Notes under the pieces: model-generated
Seen by the model: the letters and a program-made list of their open reading frames with translations, nothing else
Databases searched by the model: none
Told to the model about the DNA's origin: nothing
Program-made: the position numbers and the translations under genes
NCBI RefSeq assembly: GCF_052425735.1
Contig: NC_135759.1
Span: 30,814,001 to 30,878,000 of the forward strand
Length of the DNA: 64,000 bases
Source of the DNA: Oculina patagonica
Lineage: Eukaryota
Reading direction: 5' to 3'
In this document: piece by piece, positions 27,201 to 40,900 of the stretch
How the letters are laid out: each line of letters begins with the position of its first letter
Position numbering within the stretch: the first letter of the stretch is position 1

Positions 27201-28243
27201 AACGGATAGAACGAGAAGCATGTATTTTGTTATTACCGAAATTGATGAGTACAAGAGACATCATGTAACAAGAATGTCCCTTTGGCAAATCCATAAACCT
27301 TAAAAACTGAACAGCCAATCAGGACACAGCATTTTCACACCAATGATTGTAATGTTTCATGTTAAATAACTTGAACATCAGTGCAACTCTAAGTTACTGT
27401 CTGACGTGAATTTCCTGAAACGGCACTAAATGCATCAAAGATAGATGCAAGAATTGTTCTTTCAGGTTATTAACAGTAACAAGATAAGAAAGTAATTTTT
27501 CTTAAAATAAGTCCATGTTGCGACATGGCATTTAAACGGAATCAGGGCACACTTCAAGAATATATAGACACGTATATAGCGTTTCTGACTGTCCACATAG
27601 TTATCCGTTTGTGAGTTTCCTTTGTAGAGTTCTATTCTAGCAAAGCACAATTATTGGGCCTCTTTAACCAGTGCTAAAAATACATAACAGTGCCCCTGGG
27701 TACCCGGTTTCCTGATTACCTTCTTTTCTTCAGTAGGGTGGATATTCAACATGAACAGTGGGTAAGAGTTCACTTTGAATAATTTCAGTTGTTGTTAGTT
27801 ACATGTATTTTTTCACTGTAAAAAAGGAAATCTAAACGAAAGGACCACTACTCTGCAGCTATTGTACCCACTCATCCCATACGCTGTGTCCACTATCTTT
27901 AACTCTGCAAGTGTGTTTATAATGCTCTGTTTTTACACACATAATGGTTTTCATTTAAACTTTTTACCTGATAGATACATTCTCAGTTTTGCTTTATTTA
28001 TAGCAATTTATACTGGGTGGCATTCGTTTATGTACAAAGCCGGTGCCCAGAAGGGTCTTGTATTAGAAACACGTATATTTCTTCCGTGACATGCTTGACA
28101 TATCTCCATAGCAACCTCATTCCCGGGGTCCTTCACTTCCTCATTTCCTCGCGTAAAAACAAGAGAACCCTGAGAAATCTTACAGAGCATGCGGAAATTA
28201 AAAACATGTGACGCACGCTTCACAGGCGAACAATGATGCAACT

Positions 28244-28361
28244 GCACGAACCCAGACACGAAAGCCCAACACATAGATTATGTGAACTAGATTGTGTTGT
28301 TTGTCGCACGAACCCAGACACGAAAGCCCAACACATAGATTATATGAACTACATTGTGTTG
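28244..28361. repeat. Two-copy tandem repeat, unit about 62 bp
   Basis: GCACGAACCCAGACACGAAAGCCCAACACATAGATTAT..GAACTA.ATTGTGTTG occurs twice. Confidence 0.85.
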
Positions 28362-28935
28362 CTTGTCTTTTACTATATTACAGTAGTGGCCGGCTACGTG
28401 GAATTTAGTTCAAGTGTCAGGGTATTCTGCAGTTAAGCCCAGTCGGATCAAACCCGTTTTACGGAAACCAGATTACACTCGAGCAAAACATTCTTACAAG
28501 TTATCCATTAGAAGATTCAGCAAAGTGTAATTAAATTCGCATTGTGCAAAACCAGAACAGCTTACCTAGGCTGAAAAATTTTAAACAATTCAAGTCATAA
28601 CTTAAAAGTTTTCTTTTAAGAAAACACACATATATATGTAAATTAAATCAAAAGGTAAATTAGTCACATATTTTTAAGTATCAAATTTTTAAAGTTAACT
28701 TATTTTTCAATAAGATAAAAGAATCTTTTATTTTTGTCAATTATTAAATTTTAGGGAAACGTTGTTAGGTTAACCTCGTGTTTTCTTTTTTTAAAGATGT
28801 ATGTTGATGTCATATGTTGCTCAGTAAACTCCATCACATGGCGCGTTTTTTAAATGACACCGGAATTATCTTATTAAGCTAATCCTAACAAGATGTATCA
28901 ATAAATAATTGTCAGGGTTGCAAACTTGGCAGCAG

Positions 28936-31900
28936 CTAATACACCGTCCATGATAACTGTTTCATACGCCCGCCACGCAGCATGGCTTCTTCAAGAGCTT
29001 GACGGGATCTGTCCGTAACGCGAGGGCAGCCATCAAATATAAGAATGTTTATTCTTGGACAGCAAGCGAGCAGTGCCTCAATGCTGACATCTGTTATGTG
29101 AACACAGTGTGACACTTGAACTTCCTGCAAAGTAAAGAAGTCAAAGAAAAATCAAGAGCTTACAGTCATATCTTTTAATACAGTAAAGCTCTTCGAAGAC
29201 CTTTCGAAGGGGGCTTAATCCCAGCTTAATAGAGAGGGGCCTTTTAGAGACGGGAGGCTTATTTTAAATCATACAGTTTAATCCCGATAACTCAAACCCT
29301 CAATGACTCAAATGTCTCACTGAATCGAACATTTTCCCTTCCCTTCCAGGTCATTTTCTTACTAATTTTACTCTCGCTAACTCGAACCTTGTTTATTTTC
29401 CTTGAAGGTTCGAGTTATCGGGATTCAACTGCATATCAGTTGGAGTTCATGTAAATATGAAATAAAGGTATTAATAAAGGGGATTTATTAATGTTTTAGT
29501 GCTGTTTTGAAGGCAAGCAAATCTCTCTTTCGGCAGTCGATTTCAAAACTCAGGACTGACAATGTGTCAGTACGAATTAGGGAGAACAACAACAAGGTGT
29601 TATTTGAACTGCAAAATTACTAGTTACTTCTCAAAAGAAGAACGGCGATTGAAATAAAAAAGGTGACACACCCCTCCCCTAAGCGAACGTCTGGAACAGG
29701 CTAAACATTGTACTTACTTTAAGAGATTGTTGACATATTCCACTCGTTAAGTGCATTATACCATCATCAGTTACCTGCAAATTATTTTAAAAAGTCAGTT
29801 ATATAATAGAAAAGCCCACATTTTTATTCAGTCCACTTATTTAAACAGGATTTGAATATAACATTTTGTTCCGGCAAATTATATATATATTTATATATTA
29901 ACAATAATTTTGTATTTTATGGATAACTTGCTTCCATTACCCTAGTATTAGAGATGTTGAGACTTTGAAGAAATCTGCAGTTGAGTGCTATGAGCTGAAG
30001 TGATGCATCTGTAATGTTGACACATCCACATAAATTGAGATGTTCCAAATGACTGCAGTGTTGAGTCAGAGAAGCAACTCCATCATCTGTAACATAAACA
30101 CATCGGCGGAGATACACTGTTTGAAGGCGGCAACAAGAGGAAAACACTTTGCTGATACCTGTAAAACGAAGAAAATGCATTGTATTACTGAGCCTCGTTA
30201 AAACAAATTAATCTTCACCCTCTGTCACCTTCATGCAGTTTTCATGTGGGTATTCTTTTCATCTTTGCTGCTTTAGGAATTCGCTCATGATAAAAATTGC
30301 AAGTTTGTACTTCGAAATCGAGGCTTGGTGGCGAAACTAGTCAGTCGGACGTAAACATGCATAAGGGCTATTGTTTCTCAAAGCTCTCATAAGCAACTGC
30401 TCCTGCAAGCCACCATGACCATCTCTGGAAAGAACCAACTGCCTGGTCTTTTCCTTGGTTTAAATCTCTTGTAAACGTCCACTCAAAGATTTTTGATTCA
30501 ACTCTGGGTCATATTAGTAAGCACTTCAATAAAAGAACACACTACTTGATTACATTTATTGTAGTATAACAATAAGATGATTTAAGGCTGGAAAAAGATT
30601 TATGCTAAAAGCGGCTTAGGTAAGCGACAAGTCTCTATTGTTTTAGTGTGTGGTTGCTTAGCTTACAAGCGCTCATTCTCATAAACAACCTGAGCTCTAG
30701 TCAAATTCCTGATGTGGTCACTTACAAGAGCTTGACTGTTCATGTACAGTGCAATATTAACAGAAATGTATAGTAGTCAGGGTTTGAGACTAACATTTTT
30801 GCTAACTACAACCTTTCAGCCTTACCCAGTCACTGATTAATGTTACAACCTAAATAATGCTTGATTTCCCCAGCCTGCGTTGCAGACCAACTAAACCCCG
30901 GTACAGTCTAAATTTCCCAGACAGGCTGATAATTAGCAGAAACAGTTTTCTTTCACTTGTCGCTTTTGTCACTGGAAAGTCCTAAACAAAGTTATCGTTT
31001 GGTGCTTTTCGGTAACTTACTTAATAGGCTTGTCCGTATTCTTTGATATATGTCAACAGTGAACTTGTTAGATCTGTTCTCTCAGAGTCAATTTCAATTT
31101 GGGGTTTCTTTTCACAAAACTGCCTTAAATTTCCACTAGACATTTTGGCTAGTGAAAACCCAAAATCTACTAGGCAAAACTGCATTTCTACTAGCCTTTG
31201 GCTAGTTGGCTTCTGTAAGTCTCAAGCCCTGGGTAATGAGTACTTAAATTGAGTATTACTTACACGAAACTGCCCTATGACCAGACATTTCTATCACGTT
31301 TTGCAAATTTGCAACCAAGGAAAGTTGCATGTAGCTACTAGCTAGTCCCACTACTATGTTAAGCCTGCTCACAGGCTCACCTTTGGACCACAAAGCAGTC
31401 TCTTTCATGCAGCTTTGCCACTTGTACAAAAGACTGCTCACTGGCTACATGTACATTGTACATTATGTTTTTTTGTCAAAAATGTGCCCTTTCAAGATGG
31501 TAGGGAAATTAAGGGCTTGAGCCAGAATCATCACATACCTTTAGAAGTGATACTCTCTCTTGAATGCTTGGTAGCATTTAAGTCCAATTTTCGCAAATTT
31601 TTACAAATGCAGAGACAAGCAAGTCCATCATCTGTTATTGTGCACTCACACAGCTCCAGCTCTCTTAAGGCAGGGTGTAATACCTTAAAAAACATAAAAA
31701 AATGCCCAGTCTATAAAAGGACAAACGAACATGACTTCTTATGGTTTGCAATTCCTTCATTTATAATTATGTAATTAGTATATACTACTATAACAGTGGA
31801 CAGCGTTTTTTGCACATGCTGATTGGCTACTCAAACTCTGAAAATCTTTTGCTATTCACCTCAGAGCAAGGAAAACGAGAAAATATTTGAAAATATTGTA

Positions 31901-34900
31901 ATCTTTGACAGGAATAAATTAGTCAAAAATCATCCTTTTGGGCTATATTATCTCACTGTTTTAGTATAAAAAAACAGCTATTCACTTCAGTGTCAGTGGC
32001 TAGTGGTGAATATTAAACTCGCTGATTCACAGCAAGGTAAGTATCCACCACTAGGCACATTGACTTCGGTGAATAGTTGTTAAATATTAATAACAACATT
32101 GTTTGTAACAAAGTGCATGAATTTACATGTAACAACAGGTTTGATGACTTTTTACATAAACCTTTCAAAAATGACAAATAGGAGTCATGAATGGTCCCTC
32201 AAAATGTCGCAGTGCTTGCAGTGCTCGCAAAATCTTAGTGGGTGCTCCTTTGCTCGTGCTCGCACATTTTTACAAGTGCTCGCATGCTCGATTTTTAGTG
32301 GAGGTAGGTTTTTGAAAAGTGCTCGTTGCTCGCAAGGCTAATTTTTGTCAATGCTCGTGCTCGCAAAGAAAAACGCTGTGCTCGCATGCTCGCAAAGACC
32401 ATTTGATACCCCTACAAATCATGACAATGTATGAACAAGCAAACAACTGTACATGTTCAAATGTGTTCATCAAACATTAAAAGTTCGCTTTGGTTCTCTT
32501 ATATGTATTTAACATAATACATGATTTGAAATAAGCACCAGGTCTCTAATAAGCCCTCTCCCCTTTCAAAAGGTCCTAAAAAGAAATAAGTCCCCTAGAA
32601 GCTTAAAAGAGCTATAGTATGTGAACTAGGAGTATCTTATTACAGAAAATTAAAGCTCATGTTAATTAAGGTATTTGAAATTAAAGCATATTAAATTAAG
32701 GTGAATAATATTTTGAGGAAAACTTACTCCTGAATAAAGGAAATAAATATGAAAGAGGAGGTAGATTTTTAAAATGAAGGAAATTACCGGTAACATGATT
32801 AACATAAGGAAGTGCAGTTTTTGGTGACAGCAAGAACAAATTTTGTTTCAACTGAACATTGAAATTGTTTTGGCCAAAGTCATAAGATGTTTATGTGTCA
32901 GATTTCGAACTGCTCTGATAATTTCACAACATTATACATGTAGGATTTTACATTGCAAAAGAAAACAGTTTGTAGAAAAGAAAGTCAACTATGTCTGGAC
33001 TGGATCCAAAATTTGGGGAAATATAACGTTGCAGAAATTAACGCTTCACTTAATCAATGTTATGGAAATTAACGCAGACAAAAATTAATGTGAATTTTTA
33101 AAATTCGTGTTAATTTCATGGAGCGTTAATTTCCTCTCAACAAGGGAAAAACACCAAATTCTCAAAAACAACATCTGTGTTACTGTACATGCCATAAGAT
33201 AGCTAGCTATAGTTTATAGGAGAACAAGAAGCTTGAGAAGCTTGAGAAGCTTAAAATCGGGCGCTTAATAATTAGCTATCTGTTTTGACTTGAAAAGCAG
33301 GGTACAGTACAGTAAAAATCACTGGAAAAACAGTCACTTAAACCTATTCAGGCCGGGAGGGGGGGGGGGGGGGGGAGCTTTTGAGGCCCGCGCTGACTTT
33401 GGACGCTTATAACTTTTTCAAGATTCAACCAAACGCTGCCAAACTTTGCGCGTTTATCTAAAATTTATCTCGCAATAATCTGGTAGGATTAGTTATTGTG
33501 CCAGTAACTTGAAATCATCATGGCAACGTCATTTTGACAGGCTTGTTTTCCCAAATTTGAATTTTTCGTGTTTCTATTTAATAATGAAAATCTGGAATGT
33601 TTTCAAGATTGCATTATTACTTAGGGCCTGTTTACAAGCAGGTAGGGTAACCCTAGGTGCTAGGGTTACCCTAGCAAGAGGGTTAGAAGATAGCCCGGGT
33701 TTACAAGCAAAATTCGCAGGTAGGGTAACCCTACTTACCCGGGTCAACTTACACCGGTTACGCTTCAGTTAACCTTGTAAAATTTTGTCGTTAGAAGCTG
33801 TTATTCGAAAATAATTCCGTTCCAGTGCAAAAATACGACAAATTGTGAATGAACACGATGTTTCTTGGTCACAATTCGCTGTTTTTGTCGGTATTTTTAA
33901 ACATATTTAGCTTCTTGGAGCCAAAATAAAGTTGTCTCGGGTAGGCGAGTTATCCCTAGCAGAGCGTTTACAAGGCGCTAGGGTTACCCTAGCACCTAGG
34001 GTAACCCTAGCACTCAGCTAGGGTTACCCTAGGTGCTAGGGTAACCCTAGCGCCTTGTAAACACGTCGATGAAAATAAGAAGAAATGTGGGAGCGCTAGG
34101 GTAACCCTCCTGCTAGGGTAACCCTAGCACCTAGGTTATTAATGACATAATGGTCTCAAATTATAAAAATATATTTCGCACAATACAAATAAACGATTGA
34201 ACTAGACGTCTAGAAGATATAAATTTGTAACACTTAGCAAAGTGCAGCCTTTTCGCAATACTTAATAAAGGCGGGGTTTTACCTGAAGACCAATTTTTCC
34301 AACGCTTTAGGTGGCTGACGCATTTCTCCTAATCAGGTAACTACTATTGTCAAGAAAATGATCACAACTTTTTGACCAATGATTAGGTATTTGTTTCATA
34401 CCATTACTGTAATAGCAACTGGTGAAGAATAGTAGTACTGATCCAAAGTATAAGGGCTGGAAAACACTGAAAACCATTTCAGCCGCGTTTCAAGGATTCC
34501 AAAAAAGCTTTACTTATCCCATATATATTTGTTTTGCAGTATTTTGTTAATTTTTGGACAATTTTGGGGGATGTCTGGGAGGCGATAGTTTTTCTCAAAG
34601 GATTAGTAAAATTTAGACAAATAAGAAATATTGGAGATTTAATGTGATTTTAAAATTTGAATTTGAAGTTAAAAATTGGTGGACGGACACCAAACAGTCT
34701 CCTGACAACCCGGAGTGCTCTTGCGAGGGGGTCAACTGTTTGGAGGTGTTTCCATTCTTTTCTTCAATCCCTTCTTTAAATCTCTTAAAGTTCCATTCAA
34801 ATTCAGGTAGAACCCCACCTTAAGTTTTGTTCTTGTGAGAAAACAACAGAAGTCAAAGGTTGCGTGATATAACCAACCATGGATTTTAATTCTCCCTCCC

Positions 34901-37900
34901 TTTCCATCTCCTTAGCCTTTCACCCCCACCTGTCCCTCCCTTTCTACTCTCATTCAATTTAATGTTTGTTTACATTTCCTAACCAATTCAGTATCGTACT
35001 AATCTGTGCCAAGCAACCAGATAATAACAGAAATTTGCCTTAATTTTGATCTCCCATACCAAGACCTTAGAGTATAAACCGCTAATAAAACAAAACACAC
35101 TTGATAATAATTTTCTGAGGTTATACACCTTGCAGTATTAACGTACTAACGAACTTGATAACAAACCCCATGTCGTACTAAGGATTTTTACTGATCAACA
35201 TAGAAAATAAGTTCACAAGGGTTTGTTCCCAAAACGTTTTTTACTGTACAGAGGGTCTGTATATTGACCTGTAACTTGTATACCGTATTGAAAAATTAAG
35301 AACGAACCGACTTCTGCCCGCTACCATGATATCATGTTGAAAAATTAGCTCGTTCGAAACCGTAGTAAAATCGTTAGAGACAGACAAGATACAGCCGTTT
35401 ACTGGCAGTCTTTGAAAATCCTGAATTTCGTCAAAATGAGCCAAAATAAAGTTTTAAAATTTCCTTTATCAATATGGTTCTTATCTTTTTATTCAATTCT
35501 ATGAACTGCTTTTATGCAGTACTGTCCACAAAGATTTCAATTTCCTCAAAGTTTCGGGACAAATGGATACAAAATATTTCGTGCAGAATGTAATTTGAGT
35601 AAGCGAATGTTTTCGCGTCTATAAATACTCCAAGCAGTGAATGGAAAACCGTTTTGTTTTAATCGATGAGTACCACTTTCAAATAGTTATAATCCATAAA
35701 AAATAACAATCAGATCAGAATACAATAATTATTAATGTAAGGTCTCGCTATTATGTCTCGGCAGAGATACTTCTTTTTGCAAGTTCAAATGTATGCAAAT
35801 TTCGTGTGAAATGTAATTCGATTCCATTGTCTTGTTTACAAAGTCTTTCTTAAGAAAGTTGTATTTTCGTGAATAAAACCCATTGGCCTGTTTTGTTTTC
35901 CTGATCATGTTTGTCTGTGATTTTTACAAAACATGTGGTCTTTTTTTTCGGAACTTTAAGTTGTACAAAAATTCCTCTTTTGAACACAGATGTCACTTCC
36001 GGAATTTCTCATCTAAAATTCAATTGGTATTTAATTATAATTATTCGAAGTTTTCATTTTCGAGTCATCTTTTCATTTGATAGCATTACTGATCTCGTAA
36101 AAAATTCCATTCAAGTTCACACCAATACTGTACATTGCCAATGTTTTGCTGACGTCTTGAGAAGTGTCATACTAACGTCACTAGTCAAATCTAAAATATA
36201 TCCAAACCAAGTTGTGCAAACATTCTACTCTTTGTGACAGGCGACTTTGACGCCCAACTGTGCGGAAATGAAAATCGACATACTTCTTGCTAAATATATA
36301 AAAAATAGTTTTAAAGTGGAGTCCGCCTCAAAAAAATGTACCGCCAGATCACACTGCTATTTGTAGAAACCAGCAAAGCGTCTAGTTTCAAAGTTTCCCA
36401 CAAAAACATTGCGTGACATGAATGACGTTACCCCTTTTATTTACAAAAATAGCTTCAACTTGTCAAAGCAACTATAGTTTCACAATGGTGATTATTAGTA
36501 CTTTACCCGTTAAGCTTTTTTCTCTGTCCTCCCGCCGAAGCAAAGAAGAGAACCAGATTGCAGATTAGCCCAAAAGTCGACCCAGTGTTCCTACAACGAT
36601 TTACTGTCAAAACTGAAATGAAACCGATTGGCCCAGGCTATCCCCGTCATTTTTAGCCGACAGAAGACTATCGTCTAGGACGACCAAAGGGTAAACTATA
36701 AATCGGCCACGCCCGATTAATAAGTCCTTGACGGTTCTTGTCGTTTTTCGGTGCCTATTCATCTTCGGCATCTTTCTCATCCACCTCTCGTTCTGTCCTG
36801 TGTCTGTCATCACACGAAAGAAAAGCTGATTCTCAAAAAATCTGCCACAAAGGAAATTGACAAAAACAATATGAAAACCATATATCGAAAGTTTCTTATT
36901 CTAAAATTTTATCATACGTCTTAATTCAGAGCTACAAAGAAGTTCCTCCTTTTGAGTTATTGATACTGTTCTTACAGTACCTCTTTCCACTAGCGAAATT
37001 TTACAAAATTCCTTCGCGGCGAAAAGGTAGCGCGAATCCAGAACAGACTCCAATCGAGAGAGTGGGTTAATTCTAGATTACTATTAATTAACTATTACAA
37101 CATTCATTTTTAAAATAGTTTCCCAAGCCGACTAAGCTAACTAAACGTCGAGTGTATCTTTCAGTAAACAAAACATGCCGTTATGACGCCGGAAATCCAG
37201 CTCACGCATACTATACCCCGTGACTCACGCAAACCTCCGACTTACGTGCTACTACAGTCATTCCTTTCTAAACATTTTTTTTTGACCACCACCGTACCTT
37301 TCTACCCAAAAAACTCATGAAACCGCCCGGTTTTAACCTGTTTTAACCTTTCAAAAATTAGAGCGTTCGAAACTAAATAAGATCCGTAATCACAAACAAC
37401 ATACAGCCGTTTACCAGCACTCTTTAAAACTCCTGAAACCCTTCAAAATCAGGCAAAATAAATCTTTGAAATAACCTTTATCAATGTTTCTTATTTTTTA
37501 TTCAGTTCTATAAAATGCCTTTCATACACTACTGTCAAACAAAAATTTCAATTTCCTCAAAGTTTCAAGACAAAAGAATAACAAATATTTCGTGCACAAT
37601 GTAATTTGATTAAGCCAATATTATCACGTCTAAAAATACTTCAAGCAATTCAGTGAAAACCCGTTTTTTTTTTCGTATCAACGAAAACCACTTTCGAATA
37701 ATCAATACATGAAAATAACAATAAGATCAAAAGGAAGAAAGGAACCTTTCTAATTATTTGAAGACTTTCAAAGCCGTGATATTATGCATCCAATCCGCGA
37801 TAAAATTTAATTACAACAAAATCCAAGTTCTCATTTTGAAGTCCATTTTTTTCAGTTGATACCTTTATCCAACTTGTGAAAAATTCCATTCAAGTTCCTA

Positions 37901-40900
37901 TTAATACTGTACATTCCCAATGTTTTGCTCAGGTCTTCAGAAGCGTCTTACTAACCAAATCTAAAATAATTCCAAAACATGCTGTACAAACATTCTACTC
38001 TTTGTGACAAACGACTTGACGACCAATTGTTCAGAAATGAAAATCGACACAGTTCTTGCTAAATAAAAAAAAAGTTTTACGGCGGAGTCAGGCTCAAAAA
38101 ATATACCGCAAGATCACACCCCCATTCATAGTCAGAAACCAGCAAACCATCTAGTTTGCTAAAAAAAACACTGCGTGACATCAATGACGTTACCTTTTTC
38201 ATTTACAAAAATAACTTTAACTTGTCAAAGTACCGTAAAAACCCGCAGATAAGCCGCACCTTTTTTCCAAAAATTTTCGCTCGAAAGCGGGGGTGCGGCT
38301 TATCTGCGGGAACATTCGGAAAAGGTGCCGTAAATTTTCGTGGACTGATGCTAATTTATGGAAAAGTATGTAAATTAATATTACACAAAACTACAAGAGA
38401 GTACCGGTCATTGCTTTTGCAAGTTTGACAGCTCCTATACTGTTTGCAGTGTCGACAATGGCCTATAACTTTAATAGTATAAATATTGATACTTTACGAG
38501 CGAGAAAATACCACGAGTATTCACGAGTAAGATGGCCAATTGTTTCTTTCTCATTTTGCACTTCGATGGAAAATTTGTCGAACTGATTATGAAATTCTCT
38601 TCATGCAACGAGTTTATCTCCAATAGATGGCTCCCAAATCTCCTTAATTTGTCGATATGATAGCCACGAAACCCGAACGCCTCCATCGCCATCTTGTTTT
38701 GCTTTACGTTCTCGCCCTAGTCCCATATTTCGCATCCGATCAAATGCCTGGTTACTAAGCTACGAACGTTTTGCAAACGCAAGTTGTTCAATGTTGTGAC
38801 ACAAAAATCTATGGAAAAACTGCGTTGAATGAAGAAATACCTGTCAACAAATGCCAGAAAAAGATCACCCATAATATGTCAAAGTTGGTTTTCATTATAT
38901 TAAAGAGCTCAAATTGTGGGTAAGACTGAAGTATTCTCTGTTTCAATGTTCATTGAGTTTACGTTCGATGAAGAAGACTTCCTAAAGACTCAACTTTGGA
39001 TTTTTGACTCGACTTTGGATTTTCTTTGATTCACTTTCAAAAAACTTTTTTCCAACATTTGAGTTGTTAAACTCAGGGTGCGGCTTATCTGCGGGTGCGG
39101 CTTATCCGCGGGTGTTTACGGTAAGTGCAATTTCACAATGGTGAATATCAGTACAGTATGGGGCCCAGTTCTCGGCCGGGTCCAGTTCTCGGCCACTTTG
39201 TGTTTAACGCGTTTTTTCACACTCCAGTTGAATTAAAAGAAAAAGGTATTTCCTTCAAACGATAGACTGATTCATGTGCTTTAAGTATCTTGAGTTTGAT
39301 CGTTCAATTCGATATAGAAAGCTCACAAGTCGAATTTACGCGGAGGTAGGTGAATTTGCATTCCCGAAAAATTTGTTTGTTTACGGCTCCTTAAAATTCA
39401 TGGATGTAGTTAAATTCGTATTTTATCCAAAAGCCCCCACCATACGAGCTAATTTTTGGCATGTGAAACGTAGAATAATTCAGCTTTCTGCTTTAGTTAA
39501 CTTTTCGTTGAACCGTTGTATTTTTTGGTCTTAATTTACTTCGAAATTTTTTCTTGCGACGTTTGCGTATTTGCCAGTTCTCGGCCACCCTGCTCGCTAT
39601 CACAGCTTAGCGCTTGGTTTTTAATATAATTTCATCTGCTGCTGCCAGAATGAAAGAAATAAATGTTTTAAAAATAAAGTTCAATCTTATCTCTAAGTTT
39701 TGAGCTGACTCTTGTCTTGTCTATTATTTCTACAACACCTAACTCTTTCAAGACCTTTTCACTGCAAAATAAACCATCTAAATGCATTGGTCACACAATG
39801 CGGTTTTGCCAGAACCTGCACATAGGCAACTAGGCGCGTTAAAATCCTTCTTTTCTAAAGTAAAACAAAGCCTCATAAAAATAATTTGGGATCGATATAA
39901 CATAAATAGGTTTACAGAGTGATTTTATGACTGTGAAAATTAATTGAGCATTTTTTTTACAGATAATTACGCACAAGCTTTTTAGTGGCCGAGAACTGGG
40001 CCAAGGTGGCCGAGAACTGGGCCCACAAATGGAGCTTTTATTTTTATTATTGCTCGGGAAAATTAATTTTTGACCGGTCGATAGCTTTACACCAAAAAGC
40101 TGAATAATGTACCTAGCTCTGGGAGAAATTTCAAGTTCCTGCGGTTCTTCTGAGGTAAGAAATACAAGTTTACGTCAAAAGTGGCCGAGAACTGGGCCCC
40201 ATACTGTACTTTGCCCCGTAAGCTTTTTTCTCTGTCCTTCCGCCGAAGCAAAAAAACACAACCTGATTACACATTAACCCAAAAGTCGACCAAGTGTGCC
40301 TGCAACGATTTCCTGTCAAAACTAAAATGAAAACCATTGCGGTATGCGTCACCCGTAGCGGTTTTGTAGCAACCCCAAGCTATCCCCGTCTTTTTGGCCG
40401 ACAGGAGACTATGCTCTAGGACGACCAAAGGGTAAACTATAAATCGGCCACGCCCGATTAATTAGTATTTTCATCTTTCAAGACTGAAAGAACCTATCGT
40501 AACATTTAACAGGGAATTTGGGTGACTTCTTCTTCTTGCAACGCCTAAAATGGACATTAATGCAGCTGTAACAGACCTATACACTGCAGGATCAGCAGAA
40601 TTTCAGATCTGACAAGTATAAAGTCAGTAAATAAACAACATTGTGTCTAGATACCCGGCAGCCGGGAAGTGTTTTCAAAATACTACATACCCGGCAGTCT
40701 GAAATTATTCTAGAATTTCCACGGAAAAACCAATCCAATCCTCCTCAAAACTATAGATCTTTGCTTAGAAATGCCAAGCGATTTCAATTATAGTTTTGGC
40801 TTTGTGTTTGAGGAAATTTTCGAGCTTGGGCATACTACAAAATCTTGATTCTTCGACACTTAGAAAAAATTCGTACTCTGACTCCGGTGTCAACTCTTAT

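Larger units (their letters stand above)
37353..40460. repeat. Copy B of the ~1.4-kb repeat, interrupted by two MITEs
   Basis: Alignment to copy A resumes exactly across both TA-flanked insertions. Confidence 0.85.
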
